DNA of 63,727 nucleotides, filler included, from Chiloscyllium plagiosum (GCF_004010195.1; 4 parts of one record of this genome joined end to end with filler, not necessarily neighbours in it); one strand, 5' to 3'; shown: positions 47,617 to 60,938, counted from the first letter of the whole stretch. Numbers and translations: made by a program. Notes: a model not told the origin generated them from the letters alone.

Positions 47617-50600
47617 TTAGAGTCATAGAGATGTACAGCATGGAAACAGACCCTTCGGTCCAACCCGTCCACACCGACGAGACATCCCAACCCAATCTGG
47701 TCCCACCTGCCAGCACCCGGCCCATATCCCTCCAAACCCTTCCTATTCATATGCCCATCCAAATGCCTCTTAAATGTTGCAATTGTACCAGCCTCCACCA
47801 CATCCTCTGGCAGCTCATTCCATACATGTACTACCCTCTGCATGAAAAAGTTGCCCCTTATGTCTCTTTTATATCTTTCCCCTCTCACCCTCAAACCTAT
47901 GCCATCTAATTCTGGACTCACTGACCCCAGGGAAATGACTTTGTCTATTTATCCTATGCATGCCCCTCATAATTTTGTAAACCTCTATAAGGTCACCCCT
48001 CAGCCTCCGATACTCCAAGGAAACCAGCCCCAGCCTGTTTAGCCTCTCCCTGTACATCAGATCCTCCAACCCTGGCAACATCCTTGTCAATCTTTTCTGA
48101 ACCCTTTCAAGTTTCACAACATCTTTCCGATAGGAAGGAGACCAGAATTGCATGCAATATTCCAACAGTGGCCTAACCAATGTCCTGTACAGCCACAACA
48201 TGACCACCCAACTCCTNNNNNNNNNNNNNNNNNNNNNNNNNNNNNNNNNNNNNNNNNNNNNNNNNNNNNNNNNNNNNNNNNNNNNNNNNNNNNNNNNNNN
48301 NNNNNNNNNNNNNNNNNNNNNNNNNNNNNNNNNNNNNNNNNNNNNNNNNNNNNNNNNNNNNNNNNNNNNNNNNNNNNNNNNNNNNNNNNNNNNNNNNNNN
48401 NNNNNNNNNNNNNNNNNNNNNNNNNNNNNNNNNNNNNNNNNNNNNNNNNNNNNNNNNNNNNNNNNNNNNNNNNNNNNNNNNNNNNNNNNNNNNNNTCACA
48501 TCTACCACTCTGCCCTCATCAATCTTCTTTGTTACTTCTTCAAAAAAACTCTATCAGGTTTGTGAGACATGATTTCCCATGCACAAAACCATGTTGACTA
48601 TCTCTAATCAGTCCTTGCCTTTCCAAATACATGTACATCCTGTCCCTCAAGATTCCCTCCAACAACTTGCCCACCACCGACTTCAGGCTCACCGGTTTAT
48701 AGTTCCCTGACTTGTCTTTACCGCCCTTCTTAAACAGTGGCACCACGTTTGCCCACCTCCAGTCTTCTGGCACCTCACCTGTGACTATCGATGCTACAAA
48801 CATCTCATTAAGAGGCCCAGCAATCGCTTCTCTAGCTTCCCACAGAGTTCTTGGGTACACCTGATCAGGTCCTGGGGATTTATCCACTTTCAACCATTTC
48901 AAGACATCCAGCACTTCCTCCTCTGTAATCTGGACATTTTGCAAGTTGTCACCATCCATTTCCCTACAGTCTACATCTTTCATATTCTTTTCCACAGTAA
49001 ATATTCATTTAGGAGCTCCCCCATTTTCTGTGGCTCCACACAAAGGCTGCCTTGTTGATCTTTGAGGGGCCCTATTCACTCCCTAGTTACCCTTTTGTCT
49101 TTTATATATTTGTAAAAACCCTTTGGATTCTCCTTAATTCAATTTGCCAAATCTATCTCATGTCCCCGTTTTGCCCTCCTGATTTCCCTCTTAAGTAAAG
49201 TCCTACTTTCTTTATACTCTTCTAAGGATTCACTCAATCTATCCTGTCTATACCTGATATATGCTTCCTTCTTTTTCTTAACCAAACCCTCAATTTCTTT
49301 ATTCATCCAGTATTCCCTATACCTACCAGCCTTCCTATTCACCCTGACAGGATATACTTTCTCTGGATTCTTGTTGTCTCATTTCTGAAGGCTTCCCATT
49401 TTCCAGCTGTCCCTTTACCTGCGAACATCTGCCTCCAATCAGCTTACGAAAGTTCTTTCTCCAATTTAGGACTTCAACTTTTAGATCTGCTCTATCCTTT
49501 TCCATCACTATTTTAAAACAAATAGAATTATAGTCGCTGGCCCCAAAGTGCTCCTCCACTGACACCTCAGTCACCTGCCCTGCCTTATTTCCCAAGAGTA
49601 TGTCAAGTTTTGCACCTTCTCTAGTAGGTATATCCACATACTGAATCAGNNNNNNNNNNNNNNNNNNNNNNNNNNNNNNNNNNNNNNNNNNNNNNNNNNN
49701 NNNNNNNNNNNNNNNNNNNNNNNNNNNNNNNNNNNNNNNNNNNNNNNNNNNNNNNNNNNNNNNNNNNNNNNNNNNNNNNNNNNNNNNNNNNNNNNNNNNN
49801 NNNNNNNNNNNNNNNNNNNNNNNNNNNNNNNNNNNNNNNNNNNNNNNNNNNNNNNNNNNNNNNNNNNNNNNNNNNNNNNNNNNNNNNNNNNNNNNNNNNN
49901 NNNNNNNNNNNNNNNNNNNNNNNNNNNNNNNNNNNNNNNNNNNNNNNNNNNNNNNNNNNNNNNNNNNNNNNNNNNNNNNNNNNNNNNNNNNNNNNNNNNN
50001 NNNNNNNNNNNNNNNNNNNNNNNNNNNNNNNNNNNNNNNNNNNNNNNNNNNNNNNNNNNNNNNNNNNNGACTATTAAAGGGTCTATAATACAATCCCAAT
50101 AAGGTGATCATCCCTTTCTTATTTCTCAGTTCCACCCAAATAACTTCCTTGGATGTATATCCGGGAATATCCTCCCTCAGCACAGCTGTAATGCTATCCC
50201 TTATCAAAAATGCCACTCCTCCTCCTCTCTTGCCTCCCATTTCTATCCTTCCTGTAGCATTTGTATCCTGGAACATTAAGCAGTCCTGCCCATCCCTGAG
50301 CCATGTTTCCGTAATTGCTATGATATCCCAGTCCCATGTTCCTAACCATGCCGAGTTCATCTGCTTTCCCTGTTAGGTCTCTTGCATTGAAATAAATGCA
50401 GTTTAATTTATTAGTTCTACCTTGTCCCTGCCTGCCCTGACTGTTTGACTCACTTCTGTTCTCAGCTGTACCGTCTCAGATCGATCTCTTTCCTCACTAT
50501 CTCCCTGGGTCCCCCACCCACCTTACTATTTTAAGTCCATCCAAGCAGTTCTAGCCAATTTCCCTGCCAGTATGTCAGTCCCCTTTCAATTTGGGTGCAA

Positions 50601-51360
50601 TCCGTCCTTCTTGTACAGGTCACTTCTACCCCAAAAGAGATTCCAATGATCCAAAAATGTGAATCCTTCTCCCATACACCAGCTCCTCAGCCACGCATTC
50701 ATCGGCTGTATCCTCCTATTCCTGCCCTCACTAGCTCGTAGCACTGGGAGTAATCCAGATACTACTACTCTTGAGGACCTCCTTTTTTAAATTTCTGCCT
50801 AACTCTCTGTAATCTTCCTTCAGAATCTCAACTTTTTCCCTTCCAATGCCATTGGTACCAATGTGGACAATGACCTCCTACTGGCCCCTCTCCCCCGTGA
50901 GAACATTCTGCACCCTCTCTGAGACATCCTTGATCCTGGCACCAGAGAAACAACACACCATTCTACTTTTTCTCTGCTGGCTTCAGAAACATCTGTCTGT
51001 ACCTCTGACTACAGAATCCCCTAAAACAATTGATCTCTTGGAAGCTGACGTACCCCTCGTTGCATTAGAGCCAGTCTCAATACCAGAAACTAGGCTGTTC
51101 GTGCTACGTTCCCCTGAGAATCCATCACCCCCTACATTTTCCAAAACAGCATACCTGTTTGAAATGGGTATATGCACAAAAGACTGCTGCCCTCGGTGCT
51201 GACCTCTCTCACCCTTCCTGGAGTTAACCCATCTATGTGACTGTATCTGAGACTTTCCCCCCTTCCTGTAACTGCCATCCATCACATACTGTTGCTGTTG
51301 CAAATTCCTCATTGCTTCTATCTGTCTCTCCAACTGATCCACTCGATCTGATAAGATTCG
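47617..51360 (-). mobile_element. Long CR1 (HER1-type) LINE, 5'-truncated in ORF1: ORF1 esterase, ORF2 EN and RT, 3' tail
   Basis: ORF2 motifs IIAITETW, LYYRP, KSPGPD, YKPVSL and QHGF..SCLTNL; 3' tail ctctatgactcta; two N gaps. Confidence 0.95.
50520..51342 (-). pseudogene. CR1 ORF1 with SGNH/GDSL esterase domain (disrupted)
   Basis: Coiled-coil-like LERQIEAMR and SNRYAVL; esterase blocks IVLGDSVVRG, VHIGTN (~50855) and DGLHPN (~50595). Confidence 0.85.
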
Positions 51361-52207
51361 CTTGTGCAGTATTACCCTTGAATGGGATCAGAAGACAGGC
51401 TAGACTATGGTGCAGCCAGCAGGTAATAATACTAATCAGAAGTAATCAGTTGAAGATTCTGATGAATTGCACTGTACAGTACCATACAATAGGTCAAAAT
51501 TTACTTAGATTGTGCTCATGTTTGTGTTAGGCTAATGAATATTTTTGTTTCGATTTTCATTGGTATTTTTGGTGGATTGACCCTTACCCTGTTTTTCCCA
51601 TATGTCCCATTATTTCTATTGCATGACGTTCTACAACTTGGTGTCGTATGGGAATGCAACTACTATGTTATAGGCAAACGACCAGTATTCCTTTCGGGAT
51701 TTGCCATATTGAACCATTGGTTCAGCCATAAGCCCTTCTTTCTCCTTTAATCCTAACTTTAATGTCCCTTGACATCTATAGTTCTTCGGCATTGGCCTCA
51801 TATCTTTTCAAGGTGGGAAACATATTTGTTTGCTATATCCTTCTTGAATGGTTCCCACTGCTCTGACACAGGTTTATGCACAAGTAGCTGCTCTCAATCC
51901 ACCTGCACAAAAATTTATCTTATCTTGGTAAAATTAGCCTTAGAACTTTTATTTCCAGCCCATCCTCATTGTCTTTCGTAACAATCCTTAATGTAACTGA
52001 CTTATGGTCACTATCTCCAAAAGTCTCCCCTATTGATATGTCTTTCAGTTGCCCAGGCTCATTTATTTGCACTAGGTCCACAACACTCTTTCTTTGTAAT
52101 TTATGTGTTTAAAAGGGTTCTACTGGATTTTAAGAATTTTGCTCTCTCTGTATCTTGTAACTTCAACCATGCTAGTTAATATTTGGGTACTTAAAATCTC
52201 CTAAAAA

Positions 52208-53982
52208 TTGAACATAGAACATTACAGTGCAGCACAGGCCCTTCAGCCCTTGATGTTGCGCTGACTTGTGAGACCAATCTGATGCCCATCTAACTTACAC
52301 TATTCCATTTTCGTCCATATGTCTATCCAGTGACCATTTAAATGCCCTTAAAGTTGGCATGTCTACAGTGCATTCCATGCCTCTACTACTCTGAGTAAAG
52401 AATATGCCTCTGATATCTATCCTATATCCATCACCCCTCACTTTAAAGCTATGTCCCCTCATGCTAGCTATCGCCATCCGAGGAAAACAGCTCTCACTGT
52501 CCAACCTATCTAACCCTCTGATTATCTTATATGTCTCAATTAAGTCACCTCCCAACCTCCTTCTCTCTAACGAAAACAGCCTCAAGTCCCTCAGCCTTTC
52601 CTCGTAAGACCTTCCCTCCATACCAGCCAACATCCTAGTAAATCTCTTCTGAACCCTTTCCAAAGCTTCCACACCCTTCCTATAATGCGGTGACCAGAAC
52701 TGTACGCAATACTCCAAATATGGCCACACCAGAGTTTGGTACAGCTGCAGCATGATCCCATGGTTCTGAAACTCAATCCCTCTACCAATAAAAGCTAATA
52801 CACCATGTGCCTTCTTAACAACCCTATCAACCTGGTTGGCAACTTTCAAGGATCTATGTATCTGGACACTGAAATCTCTCTGCTCATCTACACCACCAAG
52901 AATCTTACCATTGGCCCAGTACTCTGCATTCCTGTTACTCCTTCCAAAGTGAATCATCTCACACTTCTCTGCATTAAACTCCATTTGCCACCTGTCAGCC
53001 CAGCTCTGCAGCTTACTTATGTCTCTTTGTAACCTACAACAACCTTCGTAACTCTACAGATCTTAGTATTATCCGCAAATTTACTAACATATCATTCTAT
53101 GTCCTCATTTGGGTAATTTATAAAAATGACAACCAACAGTGGACCCAAAACAGATCCTTGCAGTATCCCATTAATAACTGAAGTCCAGGATGAATATTTC
53201 CCATCAACCACTACCTTTTGTCTTCTTTCAGGTAGCCAATTTCTGATCCAAACTGCTAAATCACCCTCAATCCCATGTCTCCATATTTTGTGCAATCGCC
53301 TACCGTGGGGAACTGTATCAAATGCCTTACTGAAATCCATATACACCACACCAACCGCTTTACCCTCATCCATGTGTTTGGTCAACTTCTCAAAGAACTC
53401 AATAAGGTTTGTGAGGCACGACCTACCATTCATAAAACCATGTTGACTATCCCTAATCAACTTATTCCTTCCTAGATAATTATAAATCCTATCTCTTATA
53501 ACCCTTTCCAACTCTTTACTCACAACAAGGTAAGGCTCATAGATCTATGATTTCCAGAGTTGTCTCTACTCCCCTTCCTGAACAAGGGAACAACATTTGC
53601 TGTCCTCAAGTCTTCTGGCACTATTCCTGTAGACAATAACAATATAAAGATCAAAGCCAAAGGTTCGGCAATCCCCTCCCTGGCTTCGCAGAGAATCCTA
53701 GGATACATCCCATCTGGCCCAGGGGACTTATCTATTTTTACACTTTGCAGAATTGCTAATATCTCCTTATGCACCTCAATCCCATCTAGTCTAGTAGCCT
53801 CTATTTCATTATTTTCCTCAACCACATTTTCTTTTTCTAGTGTGAATATTGACAAAGAGTATTCATTTACCACTTTCCCTATCTCCTCTGACTCCATGCA
53901 CAACTTTCTACTACTATGCTTGATTGGCTCTATATACCTATAGAAAGCCTTGATCCTATCCAATTTCTCATGTTTCCTTCTG
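52208..53982 (-). mobile_element. CR1 LINE ORF2 3' half, interrupted at 53982 by the L1 poly(A) end
   Basis: ORFs 53520..53963, 53092..53523 and 52295..52984 carry KSPGPDG, YMDFSKAFD, QGSVLGPLL and LEYCVQFWSP. Confidence 0.95.
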
Positions 53983-56900
53983 GCTTTTTTTAATGTACAT
54001 TTATTGAAAATTTTTTTACTCTTTTACAAAATTAAGGAAAAAAATTATAAAAATGCAAAAATACAGAAAAATAGAAATTATGTCACACTATTATACTACA
54101 GTAATGTTAACAATAAACTACCTCTTACTTTAAGGATACAATTGTCTCATATTTACTTAACTCAAAATAAACTTGAATTAAATAAAATAGAATTAAATTA
54201 AATTATAGCCGAATTAAAGTAAATTACATTATATTACTCCACTCACCACATCTCCACCAAAGTTCCCGTCCACAGGAGCAACAGTTATTATACCTGTATT
54301 TATTAGGCCTCCTCCCCCTGGGGTCCCTGAACCTCCATATATGACCCTCACGGCTCTTTAAAGGCCCTAACCGGTATTGCCAATAGGTCCATGTCTATGT
54401 AATTTAAAAAGGGCCACCATATCTTATAAAATTGTTTTGTTCCATGGCGCACCATACTTGTCAGATAATCTTGGGGGACATTCTCCATCATAAGTCTGCG
54501 CCACCCCACAAGATCTGTTTTTTTTTTCTGATATCCAGTTCCTTATTCCAAATTCTTTCTTGCACTGTGTGTAAGCATGTGAAATAGCGTCTTCCCATGC
54601 TCACCCAGAGAGGGCAGATTCACCAGTCCCAAAAGAAGGGATACTGGATCTATCCTAACTTCAATTCCCAGGATCTTCTCCACATTATTCACTATGAAAC
54701 CCCAGTATCCACCAGTCTTGTAACAGGATGAAAAGCAATGTGGAAAGTGCCTATGCTAATTTTACATTTGGGACATCCTGGAGAAGATCCTTTCTGAAAC
54801 TTTGCTAACCTCTCTGGTGCCATATGGCCCCTGTGAAGGATCTTCAATTGCATACTTGTGCTTTATTGCGTATTGAGATTTTCTTTACATTCTCCCACAT
54901 ATCCTCCCATGTTTCCAATGAAATTTCTTTCCCGAGTTCCTGATTCCCAGATCCTATGGATTCTATCCATATCCCCCAAGGCGCTCCCTCTCTGCAAATG
55001 GTATATGGTAATAACCGAGACAGTGTCCCCACATCGGAGCATTCTCCTCTCTTTTTTCCGACTTGTAGGACTGTGCCAAGAGCGTGGTCTTCTTCTGTAT
55101 ATAATCCCTAACCTGGAAGTCCTGGAAAAGGTCCCTGTTAGGAATCCCATATTTCTGCCTTAATTAGTTAAAAGGCATCAAGACCTCTCCCTCAAATAAA
55201 TCTCCCAAACAGGAGATTCCTTTACCCTTCCATGCTTTGAACTCTGAGTCCATTGACCCCGGCCTAAATCCTGGGGCTCCTACTAACGGGGTGAACGGCA
55301 AGGACTTAAGTAAATTGCCCTCACCCTGCTGCATTATCCTCCATGCTTTCACTGTATTTAAGATAATTGGGCTCTCACAGTGCTCAGACACGGATCTCAT
55401 CTTGTCCATAAACAGTAAATTAATTAGGGGACATCTCGCCTGTGAGGCCTCAATATCCAGCCATATTGACCTCGAGTCCTTATGCAGCCAGTCACTCACA
55501 TATGACAGTAGGATGCCTATTTGGTATCTGTTCAAATATCCTGTGGAAGTTGCAGCTTAGTAAATTAATGAGGGGGCACTTACATCACCAAATAAAGGAT
55601 CCAAGCCAGCCACTAAACCTCCGCAGCACCTGTCTGGGTAACAACAACGTTGGATATAATAACCAACGAAGAACATTCATTTTAATCAGAGCTATATGGC
55701 CTAGCCATGATATTGATAGCCCTTCCCACTGCTGCAAGTCCTGCTTTATCCTCTCAAACAATTGCACAAAGTTAACTCCGTATAGCTGACGGAATGTAGG
55801 GGGTAATAAAAATTCCCAGGCAGAGAAAACCTTTCTGTGATCACCAAAAAGAAAACTGTGTTCCACCCTCCAGCTCTGGCACTTCCACCAATCCTCACAT
55901 GGGCATGACTTCTAACTTTGTAAAATTTACTCTGTATCCCAAAAAACTGCCAAATAATTTAATTTTTTGTGTTAGCCAGGGTACGGACTTTTTTGGGTGA
56001 GTCAGAAACAAAAGGACATCATCCGCATAAAGAGTAATTTTGTGCTCCCTAATTCCACCTTTGGTGCCACTATTCAGGGTCCTTTCGGATGACCTCCACG
56101 AATAGCTCAGTTACCAAGGTAAACAGCAGTGACAAGAAAGGACATCCCTGTTGGCTGCCTCTCCCCTCATTAAAATTATTAGATTTGACACCATTCGTGA
56201 TAACCACCGCCTTGGGGTCTCTATATAACAATGAAGGCCCCTTCCAAGACCAAAGCAGTCCAGAAGACTGAACAGAGATGGCCACTCCATCCAATCAAAT
56301 GCCTTTTTCTCATCCAGGGAGACCACCAAGCCCGGAATCAATTTCTGCTGACATACTTGCACTATATTCAATACCCTCCTGATATTATTGAAAGAGATGT
56401 AGCCCTTCATAAAACCCATCTGGTTTTCTTTTATAATAGCGGGCAGCACATTTGAAAAAATTTTGAAGTCTACATTTAACAACGAGATAGGTCTGTGCGA
56501 TGTGCAATCCTCGGGGTCCTTCCCCTTCTTTAAAATAAGGGAGATATTGGCCTCCCTAAGAGAGGATGGAAGGCTACACAAAATGACTATACATCTCCAG
56601 AAGTAGTTCAGCTAACTTGCATAAACTCCTTGTAAAACTCACTCGGGAACCCGTCTGGATTGGGTGCCTTGCCACCTTGGAGCTGTCTTACCACCTCTTG
56701 CACCTCTTGTATCATCAGAGGTCATTTAAAAGGGAGGCCTGCTGTGCATTTATACCAGGAAGGTACAGGTTTTCAAAAAAGATTCCATTCTCGCTATTCA
56801 TCCTCACGGTCCTCTGACCGGTATAACTCTGCATAGAATTCCTGAAATCTGGCATTAATCTTTTTCAGCTCATGAGTAATGGTACCATTTCTCTCCCTAA

Positions 56901-58201
56901 TAGCTGCAATGGACTGCAGAACAGTTTTCTTCCTAGCCAGGTAAACCAGGTACTTACCTAGCTTATCCCCATAGTTGAACAGCCTTTACTTTGCAAAGGA
57001 GAGCCCTCTCTTCGCTGCTTGTGTGAGCACTGAGTCCAGAGCAGCCCGGAGAGCTGTAACCCGCTGTGACTTAACCATAGATGGTCTGTTATGATATGCC
57101 GACTCAGCCTCTTTCAGCCAGGCCTCAAGCATCTGCTGCTGCTCCCCTCTTTGCCTCTTTCTATTTGTTAAATATGAGATAAACAGACCTCTTAAATACA
57201 CCTTAGTGGTCTCCAAAGCACCAATGGATTACTGGCCGTACTCTGATTGATGTCCCAGAAGGCCCTGAACTCTCTCTGGACGAAATTGCCATCCCTCAAC
57301 AGAAATGATCCATGTGCCAGTCTTATGTGTCTATTCCACTACCCTTGTCTTAACATGCAAGTACACTGCTGCATGGTCTGAAATAGTTATGTTCCCAATC
57401 CTGCAGGCCAGCACCAGGTCCAAACAAACCGATGGAATAAAGAACATATCAGTTCTTTTGGCACTTGTGCGGGTTGGAGTAAAAGGTAAAATCTTGTCCT
57501 GTCAGGGCAGAGATACTTCCACACATCCACTAGCCCCAACTCCTTACACAAGTCCACTAGCTGTCTAGATTGCACGTGTGTACCCGACAAACCCCTTGGC
57601 ATCCTGTTTATCCCAGGGACCACAAAACGATTAAAGTTTCCTCCTATAATCGTGCGGTGGACACCAAGAGCCATTAATTTAGAGACTGTGTCAACTAAAA
57701 ATTTGAGAGGATATGCCAGGGGACAGTAAATGTTCAGGATGCCATACTCCTGTCCGTGTATCAGAGCCTTGAGAATGATGAATCGTCCATGCTCATCCTA
57801 GACCTATCATCTAAAATGGGAGGCTCCTTCATATGAGTATGACCACTCCTCTGCTTTTGGAGTTGAACAAGGAGAAGAATACCCTATCATATTCCCCCCT
57901 GCTGTAACATCAAACACTCCCTGTCAGTTAAATGTGTCTCTTGCAGCAGAGTGATGCTTGAGAGCACTTTTTTTTCCTTTTAATGGGGGAATGGCTCCCC
58001 TTTATATTTCAGGTGCACCATCTGAACAGATCGCTAGCCATGACTGCACACTACAACCCGCAGTCCCCGGAGAGAAAGAAACCCATTCAACGTGCAGCGA
58101 GTGGAAAAAACACAGACTTTACAAAATCTAAAAACTGTTCCTACAAACGTTAGTAAAACTAAACAACTGAACACGACTCCTAACTTAAACAAATAAACAC
58201 A
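53983..58201 (-). mobile_element. Decayed L1-clade LINE: complete ORF2 span, 3' UTR and poly(A)
   Basis: ORF2 ATG ~58041 (MASDLFRWCT*NIKG), LLQETH, IIGGNFN, RPISLLNVDFKI, GSQQGCP, LYADD (56018-56029), LSWLGHIALIKMN-like motif and CPKC..HCF..C knuckle (~54720-54780); AATAAA then A-tract at ~53984-53990. Confidence 0.9.
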
Positions 58202-58930
58202 TGTTAAGACGGACCCGCGGGGTCCCGTCTTTGCTGGTTCTTTCGGAAGGAGAGACTCATACTGGCAACTATGGTTAGACGCAGACAGCAGTTTATTCAC
58301 AGAATCTTAACTGGTACAACGAATCTACAGGCGTGCAGTCGTTGGTGAAGGCGTTCTGCCTTCCCGTTCAAAGTTGACACAATTATACTTCGCGCTGCCT
58401 GGAGTCCCCGGTCAGTTCGCCTTCCCTATTGGTCCATTCATCTGCGCGCGCTGGGGATCCGTCCTCCTGTTGGCCGCATCGAAGTGCCTGTCCAGCTCCT
58501 GCTGTGCTTGACAATGGCTCAGCCATCCCCGGGAGTGGTTCCGATCCCGTATTCAATAGTTCATTGTTTCAAGGAATTACTATGTGTCTGACAGGCTAGC
58601 CATTTTCAATAGTTTTAGTTTAACTAAATTGTCAATTACACTTTTCAACTTTAGACTTAAATAGAGCCATTCACACTCAATTGTTATAGGTTCCGATAGA
58701 GCAATTCACACTTGTCTAACAGTTACAGATTCCGATCGGTTTCTTTATTAATCCCGAGTTTCGATGGGGCCATTGATACTGGCTGGTATTTACAGGCTCC
58801 AAGATTTAATTAACATCATGCATATCCCTTACAAGCTCCAGCCAGGTACTCATGCAGTCGCCAGCAGCAGCTCGCTTGGCTGTTGTTAACCATTTCAGGG
58901 CTAGAAGTGTTTGTTGCAGAACTAGTGTCA
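58202..58930 (-). mobile_element. 3' LTR (729 bp) of an endogenous retrovirus
   Basis: Minus strand begins TGACAC immediately after the purine tract and ends TTAACA; CCAAT (~58428), TATAAT (~58385) and AATAAA (58292-58297) in the expected order; CpG-rich. Confidence 0.85.
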
Positions 58931-58944
58931 CCCTCCCTAGCCCT
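58931..58944 (-). promoter_or_regulatory. Polypurine tract (plus-strand primer site)
   Basis: AGGGCTAGGGAGGG directly abuts the TG of the LTR. Confidence 0.7.
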
Positions 58945-59906
58945 ACATTAAACACCCCAGTGAAATCTCCCCAACATTCCCTCCCTTGGCCTCTACTGAG
59001 GCCACACCAACCCGTGTAAACATTAACGAACGTAAGAGGTCCGGAAGGGGGGAAAGTAAACTACATTGGGTGCCACGTCTGCTGCCCAAAAAAAAAAGTC
59101 CCAAGTGTAAATGCCCATTCGACATGGTGGTGTGTGTTTTGTCTCGTGTTTTTTTTTAAAACAAACAAGAAAATGTAAGGGCATACTGCCCGCAGTCAGG
59201 TACACGCCAGCGATCGGAAAACCATTGGAACAGTGTACTGTGCCCCGGCCTTCCCGCCGGTCAGAATGGTTCACAGGCCTGCAGGCCCGTCCAGGCGTCT
59301 GATGTATGTACTGCAGGCCATGTGGTCGGAGGCAATCTCCTCCGAGTGCACAGCGCAATTGCACCTGTGCCAGGCTGACCCGTGCCCGAGGAGAGTCTTC
59401 TGCCACTGGATAACCTCCAGTCAGTAACGGACAGCAACCTCCATCTAGTTGCCGCTGAGGACAGAGCCGGGCAGTGGCAATCCGATCAAAACCCACGTAG
59501 AACCTCCGATTGCAGTGTAGTAGTCACTGGTGTGATCAGCAGTTGAATCCCGGGGCATACAGTACTTCTCGGCCCCTGACTGCAGCGTACAGTATAAGTC
59601 AAAGTGCTGCCAATGTAGGTGGGCAAAACTAACATGGAAGGGGTTTATTTTGTTTTTGAACAGCAGATGTTACACTGAGGGAGAAGGGATAGTATTGGGT
59701 AGCAGTAGGGGAAAAAAGAAGCATAAGCACACACCTATTGGAACCCCGTACCCGACGGAAATAGACGAACCTAAAATAGATCTGTCACCGTGACAAGTGT
59801 GAATTGCCGTACATTAATGATAGTCCCCCGTCTACCGGGAACGGACATGCACGCAAACTGCAGCATCTGTATCACTAGGCAGAAACCCAGCCAGTTCAGG
59901 AGTCTG

Positions 59907-60838
59907 TTACTTTCCCTCATTTTCCAGCTCCTTGTCGGGCACGACCTCCGCAACCGGAGTCAGAGTAGTGTTAGGCTTTCCTGACCTGGAGCAATGAGAG
60001 AAATGGTGCCAGTTATTGTCCCCCTCCCGGTTCACCCTCAAGGCGTTGGCAGCGACCCCCGTCACTGGGTAGGGGCCATGCCACCGCCCCTCGTCCCAGG
60101 TCGTACGGCCCATCTGCCGGAGGTAGACCTTGTCCCCCTCTCGAAGGGGTCGGGACCTGTCGGGGGTGTCCGGCCGTGCAGCCGCAACCTGGTTGGATAT
60201 TAGCCGGACCATTTCCCCCAGTACTTGCATGTACTGCGTCATGTCCTGATTCATTGTATCCCAATCTGTTTCCCACAGGGGTGATGTTCGGGGGCCAGGC
60301 ATGGAGCGACCTGTCAGGATTTCATGGGGTGTCAGGAAGGTATCGCCACTCCTTTCCTCATTGACAGCAAGGCTAGGGGGAGTGCCTGCACCCACGTCAA
60401 TGCAGTCCCTGCCATGACCTTGGCAATCTTGTCTTTAAGCGTGCGATTGGCACTCTCTACTAACCCCTGACTCTCAGGGTGGTAGACACTACCGTAGCGG
60501 TGAAGTATCCCTAGAGTAGCCTCCACCCGGGCAAGATGTTCATTTTTAAAATGTGTCCCATTGTCTGTGCAGATTTTTCGGGGAACGCCATAGCGGGGAT
60601 TCAGTTCCTTTGTGAGCCACTTCACAACAACTTCCCCATCCTCCGTCTTTGTAGGAGTTGCCTCTACCCACCGGGAGAATCTGTCCACTACGACTAGCAT
60701 GTATCTGTATTTATCTGGGGTCCTCCATTTGACTCCCATGTCCGTAAAGTCCATGCAGATCTCCTGCCACGGCCCTGTCGGGGTTGGGAACTTTAACATC
60801 GGGTGTGGGAGAACTCTCCTGGTGTTGTACTCATTACA
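59907..60838 (-). pseudogene. pol: Retroviral integrase (pol 3' end), one frameshift near 60355
   Basis: CNEYN (end of the zinc finger), [29 protein letters not shown]...GLVE with exactly 35 residues between D and [19 protein letters not shown] and WHGPYPV..WHHFSHC; 5' part lost in the gap. Confidence 0.92.
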
Positions 60839-60938
60839 NNNNNNNNNNNNNNNNNNNNNNNNNNNNNNNNNNNNNNNNNNNNTTAATTAATTAANNNNNN
60901 NNNNNNNNNNNNNNNNNNNNNNNNNNNNNNNNNNNNNN

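Noticed and set aside
49335..50360. 341-aa ORF
   Set aside because: It is the CR1 endonuclease region, inflated by translation across an N gap.
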